Part shown: positions 9,413 through 19,090 of the stretch, piece after piece
How the letters are laid out: each line of letters opens with the position of its first letter
Position numbering within the stretch: the first letter of the stretch is position 1
Assembly (NCBI RefSeq): GCF_041248615.1
Contig: NZ_CP158426.1
Reading direction: 5' to 3' (one strand)
Length of the DNA: 64,000 nucleotides
Source of the DNA: Escherichia coli
GTDB taxonomy: Bacteria > Pseudomonadota > Gammaproteobacteria > Enterobacterales > Enterobacteriaceae
Position numbers and translations under genes: made by a program
Notes under the pieces: generated by a model
Seen by the model: the letters and a program-made list of their open reading frames with translations, nothing else
What the model was told of the DNA's origin: nothing
The model's database searches: none

Positions 9413-10795
9413 ATGTCAACTGAACATATCAAAGAAGAAAAACTCAACATTGGTGCTGTGCTGGCTGTATCACTTAGTACAGTGATTGCGATGCTGGACA
9501 GCACTATCGCAAATGTTGCCTTACCTGTTATTGGCAAAGATTTTGCCGTCTCAGAAGCTGCATCCATCATGATAATCAATGCTTACCAGTTTGCTGTGGT
9601 CGCTTCATTGCTGGTATTCGCTGCATTGGGAGGCAAAATAGGTAACAAACGTATTTTTATTCTTGGAGTGATTTTTTTTGCGCTTTCCTCGTTAGGATGT
9701 GCACTTTCTGAAACACTGATGATGCTGACGGCTTTTCGCGTCATTCAGGGCTTTGGGGCTGCGGCCATTCTAAGTGTGAATGCGGTGTTGATTAAAGAGA
9801 TCTATCCTGCCCGGTTGTTAGGTCGTGGATTGGGGATTAATGTAATGGTGGTCTCTGTTTCCGCAGCGGCGGGCCCGTCAATTGCTTCAGCTATTATGTC
9901 AGTTGCGAACTGGAACTGGTTGTTTTCTATTAATGTACCGATCGCTTGTATTTCATTGCTGCTCTGTATTGTATCGTTCAAATCGACGCAACGTACCGAA
10001 AACCGGTTTGATAAAGCGGGTGCGTTGCTGGTTTTCCTGACGTTCGCTTCGTTTTCAACGATGATGCTGGGTCTGGCGAGGAACAACGTGTTAGACGTTA
10101 TCCCAAGCTCGATTATTCTTGTCGTGCTGGCAATCACTTTGTATCTGAATCAAAAAAGAAAGATTACTGATGCTTTGATCCCGGTTGCGATATTTCGCAA
10201 CAGGACATTTTCTCTGTCGTTATTAATGTCTTTGTTATCATATAGTACGCAGTTACTGGCATATGTCTCCTTACCATTTTATTTTCATAATGTATTAAAC
10301 CGCAATGTCGTTGAAATTGGCATGCTGTTAACGGCATGGCCGCTGGCGACAATGTTGACGTCATTGGTCGCGGGTGAACTAATCAAAAAGTTCGAGCCCA
10401 ACCTGGTAGCATTTACCGGACTATTACTACTTTTGATAGGCACTCTTTTAATGACATGGCTGCCCGTACAACCCTCGAATCTGCAGATCCTCTGGCGGAT
10501 CGCTATTTGTGGTTTTGGTTTTGGACTATTCCAGTCCCCTAATAATTTTCTCATTATGACTTCGGTCCCACATGAAAATAGCGGTATTGCCAGCGGATTA
10601 TTAGGCAGTTCACGTCTGATTGGGCAGATTATTGGTTCTGTGCTGGTGGCGTTTTTCTTTAATAACTTTGGGCGTAATGTAACAAATATTAGTCTTTTTG
10701 CCGGAGCATTGTTCTCATTTATGTCTCTGGCGGTGAGTTATCTCCGCTATAAATCTGCTTCTCATGACGTTGGTTTTGTTAAGAAAGTAATATAA
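9413..10795 (+). CDS. MFS transporter (drug:H+ antiporter-like)
   Basis: 460-aa ORF with about 14 hydrophobic segments and an MFS signature-like loop (GKIGNKR). Confidence 0.8.
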   Translation: MSTEHIKEEKLNIGAVLAVSLSTVIAMLDSTIANVALPVIGKDFAVSEAASIMIINAYQFAVVASLLVFAALGGKIGNKRIFILGVIFFALSSLGCALSETLMMLTAFRVIQGFGAAAILSVNAVLIKEIYPARLLGRGLGINVMVVSVSAAAGPSIASAIMSVANWNWLFSINVPIACISLLLCIVSFKSTQRTENRFDKAGALLVFLTFASFSTMMLGLARNNVLDVIPSSIILVVLAITLYLNQKRKITDALIPVAIFRNRTFSLSLLMSLLSYSTQLLAYVSLPFYFHNVLNRNVVEIGMLLTAWPLATMLTSLVAGELIKKFEPNLVAFTGLLLLLIGTLLMTWLPVQPSNLQILWRIAICGFGFGLFQSPNNFLIMTSVPHENSGIASGLLGSSRLIGQIIGSVLVAFFFNNFGRNVTNISLFAGALFSFMSLAVSYLRYKSASHDVGFVKKVI

Positions 10796-10854
10796 GTCTT
10801 TCAATAAAATAATCATGTGATGCTATTAAATTACAATTCATTTAACTCATTGAG

Positions 10855-11943
10855 GTGCTAAGTATGCTTAATGGAAAAATATTATTCTCATTATTCATAT
10901 CATCGATAATATTATTATCAACGGCAAGCTATGCCAATAGTAGTGAGGTGAGTAAGACGATAAATGACCAAAATATGAAAAATACTGAAGAAATACCCAT
11001 AAAATTCAACCGTATTATTATCACCGGCAATTGCCCCTTTGGTGTAATTATGGCAAATGATTTGGCATATAAACATGTTGTGGGCGTAGGACCTTGGGCT
11101 TTTCTGCATTCAAACATGAAACTTCTCAAGGATATGAAGCCAGATATCGACCGTATCACTACTGACTTTATTAATAAAGACTATGTTGTAAATATGGAAT
11201 CCTTACTAAATTTACAACCAGATATTATTTACTATTATGGTAAAAGTCAGAATGATAATCTGCAGCGGGCAGGGATCCCAACTATTAATCTTGATGCTGG
11301 TGGTGACACGAAATTTGAGCCAGTAGTAACGCAAACGTATTGGGAAAACGAATTTAACCAGACGCTTGGTTTACCTCACAGTCACAAATTTTCGGATGCA
11401 TGGAAGAGAAGCCTCAATGAGGCAAAACCATATGCCGAGAAGATCAAATCACAACATATTCGGGCATTATATCTTGAGCAGAGTGATGGGAAAGAGCTCA
11501 AGGTGAGTGGGCCGAAAACATATGGTGATACCTATCTTAAGATGGCGGGGATGGAAAATGTAGCAAGTGATCTGGTGGTAAAAGGGGATGCTGGCAGGTA
11601 CATTAATGTTTCAATGGAGCAAATAATTCAGTGGGATCCCGATGTTGTATTTGTGGTCTTTGGTAGCGCGAAGGATATTCTTAATAATAAAAATCCCGGG
11701 CAAGATTGGCATAATGTTAAAGCATTCAAAGATGGGAAAATATTTTCTACACCCGTAGGACTACATAATTGGGGAGGATTGTCTGCTGAGACTTCGCTAT
11801 TACCATTGTTTATGATTAATAAATTTAACCCTGACTATATAACAGATGCAGAATTGAAAGTTGCAACGCGGTTACACTATAAAAAAGTGTTTGATTATGA
11901 AATTCCGGACGCGCTATTAACCGATGAGTTAAGACAGCGGTAA
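10855..11943 (+). CDS. ABC importer substrate-binding protein (siderophore/heme/B12-type)
   Basis: 362-aa ORF with signal peptide, directly upstream of FecCD-type permease and ATPase genes. Confidence 0.7.
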   Translation: MLSMLNGKILFSLFISSIILLSTASYANSSEVSKTINDQNMKNTEEIPIKFNRIIITGNCPFGVIMANDLAYKHVVGVGPWAFLHSNMKLLKDMKPDIDRITTDFINKDYVVNMESLLNLQPDIIYYYGKSQNDNLQRAGIPTINLDAGGDTKFEPVVTQTYWENEFNQTLGLPHSHKFSDAWKRSLNEAKPYAEKIKSQHIRALYLEQSDGKELKVSGPKTYGDTYLKMAGMENVASDLVVKGDAGRYINVSMEQIIQWDPDVVFVVFGSAKDILNNKNPGQDWHNVKAFKDGKIFSTPVGLHNWGGLSAETSLLPLFMINKFNPDYITDAELKVATRLHYKKVFDYEIPDALLTDELRQR

Positions 11944-11986
11944 TAAAGTAATTCGGCGAATAGGTTTTTATTTTTAAAGGTTAGTT

Positions 11987-13000
11987 ATGCAGGAAAGACA
12001 AAAATACCGCATGCTGATGTGGATTTCAATCGTATTGTTACTGATTGTGGCTATGATTTCTTTGTTCATAGGTCGCTATACATTATCTATCCCCGAAATA
12101 ATGACGGAGGTATTACATGATAATGGTCACCGTTGTTTGAGCGCAGGATTCTCGGTTATATGCAATCTACGGTTGCCAAGGATTATTGCCGTCATGATGG
12201 TAGGGGCAGGGCTATCAGTAGCAGGCGTGACGTATCAAGCGGTGTTGCGAAATGCACTGGCTAGCCCGGATGTGCTCGGTACATCTTCCGCCGCAGCGTT
12301 CGGCGCAGCACTTGGGATACTGCTAGGTTTTCCACTACAACTCAGCGCTTTTTCCTCTTTCTTCTTTGGCATTGTCAGCCTTTTATGCGTGATGGGACTT
12401 TGCCATTTCAAGAAAAACAATGGGGAGCTCACGACTATCCTGTCGGGCATCATAGTGGCTTCGGTGTTTATGTCTTTTGTATCAATCATTAAATATGTTG
12501 CCGATCCACAGGACGAACTCCCGGCTATCGTCTTCTGGCTTATGGGGAGTTTCGCTTCTCTGGTCAAAGAGCAGGTTTATGGACTCATCCCGCTATACAT
12601 CATTTGTTATCTGGCTATTTACAAACTTCGATGGAAAATCAATGTGTTGTCTTTGGGAAATGATGAGGCCAAAATTGCTGGAATGAACCCACAATTGTTG
12701 AATACAGTTTTGCTAATCACAGCCTCAATTTTGGTGGCAGCATCAGTCACCATCGCTGGCGTGGTGGGCTGGGTTGGTCTGGTTATCCCGCATCTGGTTA
12801 GAACGCTGGTCGGGTACAACCATAGCAAGCTGATCCCGGCTTCGGCTGTATGTGGTGCGTTGTTTTTATTGGTCATCGACAACATTGCCAGGACCCTGAC
12901 TTACGCAGAGATCCCCATTGGAATACTTACTGCTCTGGTTGGTGCGCCTTTATTTGCTGTACTGTTCATCATGAGTAACCGATATGATCGAAGTGAATAA
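11987..13000 (+). CDS. ABC importer permease, FecCD/BtuC family
   Basis: 337-aa polytopic ORF with GWVGLVIPHLVR-type motif. Confidence 0.8.
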   Translation: MQERQKYRMLMWISIVLLLIVAMISLFIGRYTLSIPEIMTEVLHDNGHRCLSAGFSVICNLRLPRIIAVMMVGAGLSVAGVTYQAVLRNALASPDVLGTSSAAAFGAALGILLGFPLQLSAFSSFFFGIVSLLCVMGLCHFKKNNGELTTILSGIIVASVFMSFVSIIKYVADPQDELPAIVFWLMGSFASLVKEQVYGLIPLYIICYLAIYKLRWKINVLSLGNDEAKIAGMNPQLLNTVLLITASILVAASVTIAGVVGWVGLVIPHLVRTLVGYNHSKLIPASAVCGALFLLVIDNIARTLTYAEIPIGILTALVGAPLFAVLFIMSNRYDRSE

Positions 13001-13739
13001 TCTGACGTTCGCATTCAAAAAGAGTAAAACTGCCTTTAACAATATCAGCTTCTCCATTGATGAAGGTGAGGTACTGTGCGTATTAGGACCGAATGGTGTT
13101 GGCAAAACAACATTGCTTAAAACGGTTACCGGTCTGTATCAACCGGTTAGTGGCTCATGTCATATTGGCCGAGTGGGAAACCGGAAAGCTCGTATGGCGT
13201 ATGTCCCGCAGGCCAAACGTGTTCACTTTTCTTACAATGTACTCGATTTCATCTCCTTTGGGTGCCCATTACGGGGCGGAATGCTGGCATCTCCTGGGGC
13301 GAGGGACATCGAAAAAGCGGCGCGAATATTGTCGGGACTTGGCGCTTCATATCTTGCAACCAAAGACGTTAACCAGATAAGTGGAGGTGAACTACAGATG
13401 TGCTACATCGCGAAGGCGCTGGTCTCAGAGCCGGACATCCTTGTGCTTGATGAACCTGAATCAAATCTTGATTTTAATAATCAGTCTCTCATTATCAATT
13501 GGTTGCACACGTTGTCGCGAGAGAAAAAAGTTACTATTATCCTGAATACGCACTTCATCAATCATGCAAATAACATTGCAGATAAATGTTTGCTAATGGG
13601 AAAAGATAGTTACTGTTTTGGAACAACACAGAGTGTCTTACAAGAGTCTCTCCTCGCCGATTATTTCCATGTTCCCGTTAAACGCTGTCATTTTGAACAC
13701 AAAGGAATACAGAAAGAATCATTTATTGTTGCAGTGTGA
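12984..13739 (+). CDS. ABC importer ATP-binding protein
   Basis: Walker A GPNGVGKTT, signature LSGGELQM, Walker B LVLDEP; overlaps permease stop (coupled). Confidence 0.85.
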   Translation: MIEVNNLTFAFKKSKTAFNNISFSIDEGEVLCVLGPNGVGKTTLLKTVTGLYQPVSGSCHIGRVGNRKARMAYVPQAKRVHFSYNVLDFISFGCPLRGGMLASPGARDIEKAARILSGLGASYLATKDVNQISGGELQMCYIAKALVSEPDILVLDEPESNLDFNNQSLIINWLHTLSREKKVTIILNTHFINHANNIADKCLLMGKDSYCFGTTQSVLQESLLADYFHVPVKRCHFEHKGIQKESFIVAV

Positions 13740-13934
13740 TAGGTAGCCAATATCGCAGAGAAAATAAGAATTGAGGAATTGTTTATTGCGAAACCGTGCG
13801 AGTAGATGGTAATTCTGGTAGGAATATCATTTACGATTGATCAATTTTCCCACGGACTATATGCGATAAAATAACTTTGTCGATGCATGAAATAGCAGCT
13901 TCATTTTGTTAAAAGTAATAATAAAGGTGTAATT

Positions 13935-14552
13935 ATGATTAAAAAATTCGTTGAAGAATATCTTAATCAGATCTACATAAAAAAATACTCAATTATTACT
14001 ATTAATTCTCTTGATGAAGCTTCAATTATATCTAATATGCCTCATTGTTGGGAGCGTGATTTTCTGAAAAGAGAGCTGCATCTTCGAAGTGATATTGTAT
14101 TGAAAGCTAGAAGTAAAATAACCCCCTTCAAATGGTCTTCTGTAAATGGTAATAATGAAGATCTTAAGGCTTTATCCAATAGGTATAATATTAGCAATGG
14201 GGTGACTTTTGTTATAAAAATAAAACATGATGTCGTGATCTTCACGATGTACTACAATGAGGATGATGAGGATTTCATAAGATACTACTCTAGAAAGAAA
14301 CATAAAATATTGTATGATGTTATGAGTCTTTTTGAATCCCATTATGAACAAACACCCAAACATGTATTCACTGTACGAGAAAAGGAAGTTATGAATTTGC
14401 TGAAGTTTGGAAAAACTTATATTGAAATAGCATTTATTCTTGGTGTAAGTGAAAGGACCGTCAGATTTCATATCAATAATATTCTTGATAAATTGAATGT
14501 GACATCAGTTCGTTATGCGATCTTTAAAGCAGCTTCCGAAGGTTTGATCTGA
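13935..14552 (+). CDS. LuxR-family transcriptional regulator
   Basis: 205-aa ORF; C-terminal LuxR HTH (REKEVMNLLKFGKTYIEIAFILGVSERTVRFHINNILDKLN); AT-rich N-terminal domain. Confidence 0.7.
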   Translation: MIKKFVEEYLNQIYIKKYSIITINSLDEASIISNMPHCWERDFLKRELHLRSDIVLKARSKITPFKWSSVNGNNEDLKALSNRYNISNGVTFVIKIKHDVVIFTMYYNEDDEDFIRYYSRKKHKILYDVMSLFESHYEQTPKHVFTVREKEVMNLLKFGKTYIEIAFILGVSERTVRFHINNILDKLNVTSVRYAIFKAASEGLI

Positions 14553-14883
14553 CAAGGTTTTCCTTGTCAGATCATCTATCAATGACGATAGAATTCTGAA
14601 AGGCGTAATCTCAAGCCATCGGTATCAAATCCATGCGCCCGAATGTGTTCTTCTGGGGTCCAAAATTGTCTGAGCTCCTTTGGTTTTGCACCAATGGACA
14701 AGATTCTGTGAGGTATATCGGACAATGCCTCACCTATAGCATGAATTGTCGTTCCTTCTAGGTATGGTTAACCTAGCCGGTTTATTACTACATGTCGTGG
14801 CAACTCCAGCGGAGTACATAATAGTCCATTCAGCATTGTTACTTTTTGTGAACTAGACTGGAAAAGAACTGGGTCAAATCACA

Positions 14884-16188
14884 TTAAATGAAGATACGTA
14901 GGCCGACCGCCGCCAGATGATCTGATACATTATATGACGCATCAGTGTTACCGCTTGCTTTCTCATAACCGTATTCAATATAGGTCACTGCGTTTTTCCC
15001 CAGCCAGTAATCGGTACCCAGCGTGGTGGACTGGAAGTGTTGACCGTCCATCGCATCACCGCCTTCGGTCCAGTCAAAGTTGGCATAGACGCTCCACTCA
15101 GGGGTAATTTTGAACTGTGAGGCATATTCCAGACCCAGAATCGTTTCTTGGTCGTTAGTCTGTTTGCTGGCGCCGCTGGTTGCTGCCTGAACGTCATCAA
15201 CTTTGTTGATATAGTAAGTCGCTTGCGCGCCGTTATACCAGGTGAAACTATCAAAGCTGGTTGTGTACTTAGCGTTCATCCCCATCGAATAGGTATTACC
15301 GTCATATGAAGGGCCGGTCACCGTTGTAACTGGAACAGTACCACCGTGCGGACCTATGGGCACATCCGTGGTTATGGTACCCTGATTGACAGAATAGTTG
15401 TTATAAGCTGCCGTACCGGAAAGTGAGAAACCATTATCGAAGCGATATTGTGCTGCTAACGCAGCGCCGCCGTGAACAGTCGCGGAACCATCGTGGTACG
15501 CATCATGCATATCCGGTCCGTTGCCGTAACCGCTGCCAAAACCAATTTTATCGACATCGTCATTCCCTTGGCCCATTACACCCACCGTGAAGGCCTTGGT
15601 GTTGTAATAATAAATAACAGCCGAGTTAATAATATCGGTCGACATACCAGTGGTATCATGTTTGGCTTTGCCACCGTATGCATAGGTGGTATCAATTCCC
15701 AGCCCCCAGTCGGTTGGGGAATATTGCTTACCGAAAGTCACCACCCCATATTCATCATTACCTATCCCCGCATACGCCTGACGGGTATAAACATCGTTAC
15801 CCTGATTATCAGTTGCGGAATCCAGACCGTGTATGCCAGTTTCATAATAACCTGCTGCGTAATAGCCTTTGTCATTAATATTGTGTCGTAGTGCGACACC
15901 CAGACGTGAGTCGTTGTTTTGTATATTATGTTCTACACTGTGCGCTGAATCGTTCTTTGCCATGAGACGTAAGGATCCCATAACTGAAATGGCTGTATCA
16001 TCATTTTGATAAATCATCTCCCCCTTGGTCTGTGTAGCAGTATATGCTGGAGCCGTATGTTCCCCGCTACTCACCTGTGCACAGGCAGGTGCGACTATTG
16101 CTGCAGTAATAAGCGGAGCAACAATAAATGGTTTAAGTCTTATATATTTTACGTGCATAGAAACCCCATGATCATTGTTTAAGTTCAT
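14884..16188 (-). CDS. Outer-membrane beta-barrel protein (porin-like)
   Basis: 434-aa ORF, likely start at internal MHVKYIRLKPF (16158); signal peptide, G/Y/T-rich strands, C-terminal ...GLRIFI. Confidence 0.5.
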   Translation of the reverse strand: MNLNNDHGVSMHVKYIRLKPFIVAPLITAAIVAPACAQVSSGEHTAPAYTATQTKGEMIYQNDDTAISVMGSLRLMAKNDSAHSVEHNIQNNDSRLGVALRHNINDKGYYAAGYYETGIHGLDSATDNQGNDVYTRQAYAGIGNDEYGVVTFGKQYSPTDWGLGIDTTYAYGGKAKHDTTGMSTDIINSAVIYYYNTKAFTVGVMGQGNDDVDKIGFGSGYGNGPDMHDAYHDGSATVHGGAALAAQYRFDNGFSLSGTAAYNNYSVNQGTITTDVPIGPHGGTVPVTTVTGPSYDGNTYSMGMNAKYTTSFDSFTWYNGAQATYYINKVDDVQAATSGASKQTNDQETILGLEYASQFKITPEWSVYANFDWTEGGDAMDGQHFQSTTLGTDYWLGKNAVTYIEYGYEKASGNTDASYNVSDHLAAVGLRIFI

Positions 16189-16370
16189 TTTTAGAGTGTT
16201 TTTTAAATATGGAGAGTCTATTAAAAGCTTTTGAATATAAAATAAAACTGTCAGTTCTGACAGGAGTGTTTTTTATTTTCAATTAAATTATTAAGCATTT
16301 TTTCGGAGATGTGGGTTTTTTACACGGTATTAGCGAAACGGTTTGCCATGTAGTTTGGACAAAGTAAAAA

Positions 16371-16400
16371 GCCGCATCAGTCTGCACTGATGCGGCTTTG
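16371..16400. terminator. Hairpin terminator downstream of island integrase
   Basis: Perfect 11-bp stem GCCGCATCAGT/ACTGATGCGGC with 4-nt loop, flanked by A-run and T-run. Confidence 0.55.
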
Positions 16401-16422
16401 ATTTGTCAGGGTGACTAAATCA

Positions 16423-17694
16423 CTAGCCAGCTTGAAGCGTCGTTTTTCCTCTCCCCAGTATGTAGGGCGGTACATAGGATTTGCGGCAAGTATCCAGATA
16501 ATCCGACCACCACTGCATCATTGCCTTTCTTGCTTCCAGATGCTCTGCTCTGTGAATATATGCCTGGCGTACGGAGTTACGTTCCTGGTGGCTCATTTGC
16601 CGTTCAACAGCATCCTGTGACCATATACTGGATTCCATAAGGGCACTGCATGCCATTGTCCTGAAACCGTGACCACAGATTTCCATTTTCGTATCCCAGC
16701 CCATCAGGCGTAGCGCCTTGTTCACCGTATTTTCACACATGGGTTTATACGGATTATGGTCCCCGGGGAACACGAGTGCATTATCTCCTGAGATATCCTT
16801 AATCTTTTTCAAGATCGCGATCGACTGTTGTGAGAGGGGTACGATATGAGGCCTGCGCATTTTGGCACCACGACCAGAGTAACGCACGCCTTCAATAGCT
16901 TCGCGCGTGGCGGGTATTGTCCAGACCTGGTTTCCGAAATCAATTTCATGCCAGCGGGCAAAACGCAATTCACTCGAGCGAATGAACAGATGCAGTGTTA
17001 GCAGGATGGCAAGGCGAGTGAGTTCACGGCACTGCTGAAAACTCTCAATGCTCTCAAGCAGTTCTGGAAGACGCTCCAGTGGTAGAGCGGGGTAGTGTCG
17101 TTTTACTGGTGGAGCCGTCACTCCGTCAAGGTTTGCTGCCGGATTAAAATCGATTAATCCATGATGCACGGCGTAGCGCATGATATTCCGGAGGTGCTGG
17201 CGTGTACGGGATGCAACTTCCAGGAGACCCTTTTCCTCAATTCCTTTTAATAAAGTGATGAAATGGCGGGGTTTCAGTTCTGAAACTGACATGGTGCCAA
17301 TGACTGGGAAGATATGATTATTCATGCTGGCGAGCAAACGGTCGGCGGTGTTCTCTGACCATTTTTTATTGCTCTTGTGCCATGCAAGTGCAACGTTTCT
17401 AAACACTTTCTTTGGCATGCGAGAACTGCGTTCGGCTGCTCGCTGCTCTGCTGGATTGATGTTCAGTACCAGCATTTTGCGAATACCTTCACGTTGACTA
17501 CGGGCGTCTGAGAGGGAGATGACTGGGTAGGCACCGAGTGCAATACGTGATTCTTTACCCTTAATACGGTACTTGAGATACCAGTGACGTGAACCGCCAG
17601 GTTTGACCAAGAGATACAGACCGTGGGAATCGGAAACTTTAAAGGGTTTATCAGATGGTTTGAGACTGCGGATTTTGGTGTCGGTAAGAGACAT
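16423..17694 (-). CDS. Tyrosine integrase, P4/CP4-57 type
   Basis: 423-aa ORF; N-terminus MSLTDTKIRSLKPSDKPFKVSDSHGLYLLVKPGGSRHWYLKYR is typical of P4-like integrases; adjacent to tRNA 3' end. Confidence 0.9.
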   Translation of the reverse strand: MSLTDTKIRSLKPSDKPFKVSDSHGLYLLVKPGGSRHWYLKYRIKGKESRIALGAYPVISLSDARSQREGIRKMLVLNINPAEQRAAERSSRMPKKVFRNVALAWHKSNKKWSENTADRLLASMNNHIFPVIGTMSVSELKPRHFITLLKGIEEKGLLEVASRTRQHLRNIMRYAVHHGLIDFNPAANLDGVTAPPVKRHYPALPLERLPELLESIESFQQCRELTRLAILLTLHLFIRSSELRFARWHEIDFGNQVWTIPATREAIEGVRYSGRGAKMRRPHIVPLSQQSIAILKKIKDISGDNALVFPGDHNPYKPMCENTVNKALRLMGWDTKMEICGHGFRTMACSALMESSIWSQDAVERQMSHQERNSVRQAYIHRAEHLEARKAMMQWWSDYLDTCRKSYVPPYILGRGKTTLQAG

Positions 17695-17855
17695 ATGGGG
17701 TCACTCCATAATAGAACGAACCGGACCCCAGATTTGACCACCAATTTTTCCCGATGCGGAGGATAAAATCAAAATGCATCAGGAGAAGTTTTCACGCTAA
17801 GCTGTTGTATTAAAACCATAGAGGCATTAATGAATGCTGCACGAAAACAAGAATT

Positions 17856-17931
17856 TGGCTCCTCTGACTGGACTCGAACCAGTGACATACGGATTAACAG
17901 TCCGCCGTTCTACCGACTGAACTACAGAGGA
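17856..17931 (-). tRNA. tRNA-Asn (anticodon GTT)
   Basis: Reverse complement reads TCCTCTGTAGTTCAGTCGGTAGAACGGCGGACTGTTAATCCG...GGTTCGAGTCCAGTCAGAGGAGCCA; 76 nt cloverleaf. Confidence 0.9.
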
Positions 17932-18031
17932 ATCGTGTGAACGGGGCGCATATTACTTAGCGGTACCTTGTCTGTCAACACTAAATTTCATAAGCCATTT
18001 CAATTGGTTAATTAATCTGCAAAGTTGTTAA

Positions 18032-18868
18032 TTAATGAACATTCGTCGCCGAAAACGAGTCTGTATCATTAGCGTGATGCAGTCTCTGCAAAGGATCTTG
18101 TTGATAAAATTGGCAGAAACGTTGCCACAATGAAGGGAAACGAGGAGCAAAAAGTTCTGGGGCGCTAAAGAAATATTCAGAAAGTACGGCAAAACACTCA
18201 GCAGGATCACTGGCAGCATAAGCATCGATGCTCGCCGCATTCTCGCCAACTAATTCGATTTCTTCCTGAATGTTGTTCATTGCAGCATGAAGATCGTGTT
18301 CCCAGCTAGCAACCTCACGCAACGGAATAAAGGGAACTCCGCTGGCGCGATCGCCGTTACGGGTGTCCAGCTTATGAGCGACTTCATGAATAATCAGGTT
18401 AAAACCAGAAGCATCAAAAGAATCTTGTATATCCAACCAGTTCAAAACGATAGGCCCTTGCTGCCAGCTCTGACCTGACTGAACAATACGTTGGTTATGC
18501 ACCAGACCGATATCGTCTTCCCATTCGTCATCGACCACAAATGGCGCAGGATAAATTAAGACTTCATGAAAACCATCCAGCCATTCCAGTCCTAACTCCA
18601 GAACGGGCAGGCAAAATAGAAGTGCTATCCGGCAGCTTCTTAATGAATCCAGTTCAAAGCCCTGTAAAGGAACAAGCCGCTTTTGCTGTAAAAAACGTTC
18701 GGCAAGAGTGACTAATTTGCTTTGTTCCTGTTCCGTCAGACACGTTAAAAGGGGGATCGATAGTGCTTCCTGCCAGGGAAGGGCAGTTTGATGTGCTGAT
18801 TCTTGTACTTTCCAGGGCCACTTAATCATCGTTTTGCTCGCAAACTCGTCACTTGAACAAAATTGCAC
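18032..18868 (-). CDS. mtfA: MtfA (Mlc titration factor A, zinc peptidase)
   Basis: 278-aa ORF; HEVAHKLD zinc-binding motif; sequence matches my recollection of E. coli YeeI/MtfA. Confidence 0.85.
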   Translation of the reverse strand: MQFCSSDEFASKTMIKWPWKVQESAHQTALPWQEALSIPLLTCLTEQEQSKLVTLAERFLQQKRLVPLQGFELDSLRSCRIALLFCLPVLELGLEWLDGFHEVLIYPAPFVVDDEWEDDIGLVHNQRIVQSGQSWQQGPIVLNWLDIQDSFDASGFNLIIHEVAHKLDTRNGDRASGVPFIPLREVASWEHDLHAAMNNIQEEIELVGENAASIDAYAASDPAECFAVLSEYFFSAPELFAPRFPSLWQRFCQFYQQDPLQRLHHANDTDSFSATNVH

Positions 18869-18922
18869 GGACAGGGACTGTTAAAATGCCAAATTTCCTG
18901 GCATCATGGCAACCATCTGAAC

Positions 18923-19012
18923 GGAGAGATGCCGGAGCGGCTGAACGGACCGGTCTCGAAAACCGGAGTGGGGGCAACTCCACCGGGGGTTCAAATCCCC
19001 CTCTCTCCGCCA
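18923..19012 (+). tRNA. serU: tRNA-Ser (anticodon CGA), serU-like; 3' half is attL
   Basis: GGAGAGATGCCGGAGCGGCTGAACGGACCGGTCTCGAAAACC...GGGGGTTCAAATCCCCCTCTCTCCGCCA; long variable arm; 90 nt. Confidence 0.9.
18951..19012 (+). repeat. attL (3' portion of tRNA-Ser)
   Basis: 62 bp matching 60161-60222 with two substitutions. Confidence 0.8.
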
Positions 19013-19057
19013 AAATTCAATCACTTACACATCATTAAGTCAGTGACAAAAATCACA

Positions 19058-19090
19058 CTTGGAATTACTTGGAATATTTTCTTGGAATAT
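19058..19090. repeat. Three direct CTTGGAAT repeats in the attL arm (putative Int/Xis arm sites)
   Basis: CTTGGAATTACTTGGAATATTTTCTTGGAATATTTTC overlapping the int 3' end. Confidence 0.4.

Larger units (their letters stand above)
1..17931. mobile_element. ICE-like genomic island integrated at tRNA-Asn (left end outside window)
   Basis: P4-type integrase immediately 3' of tRNA-Asn; AlpA and TraR regulators; virB1-virB5 T4SS genes on minus strand continuing past position 1; AT-rich cargo genes unlike flanking core genes. Confidence 0.65.

Noticed and set aside
16248-16280. Hairpin CTGTCA-GTTC-TGACAG plus T-run upstream of the 434-aa outer-membrane protein gene
   Set aside because: No plus-strand gene ends nearby; could be an attenuator or leftover terminator, but evidence is too thin to annotate
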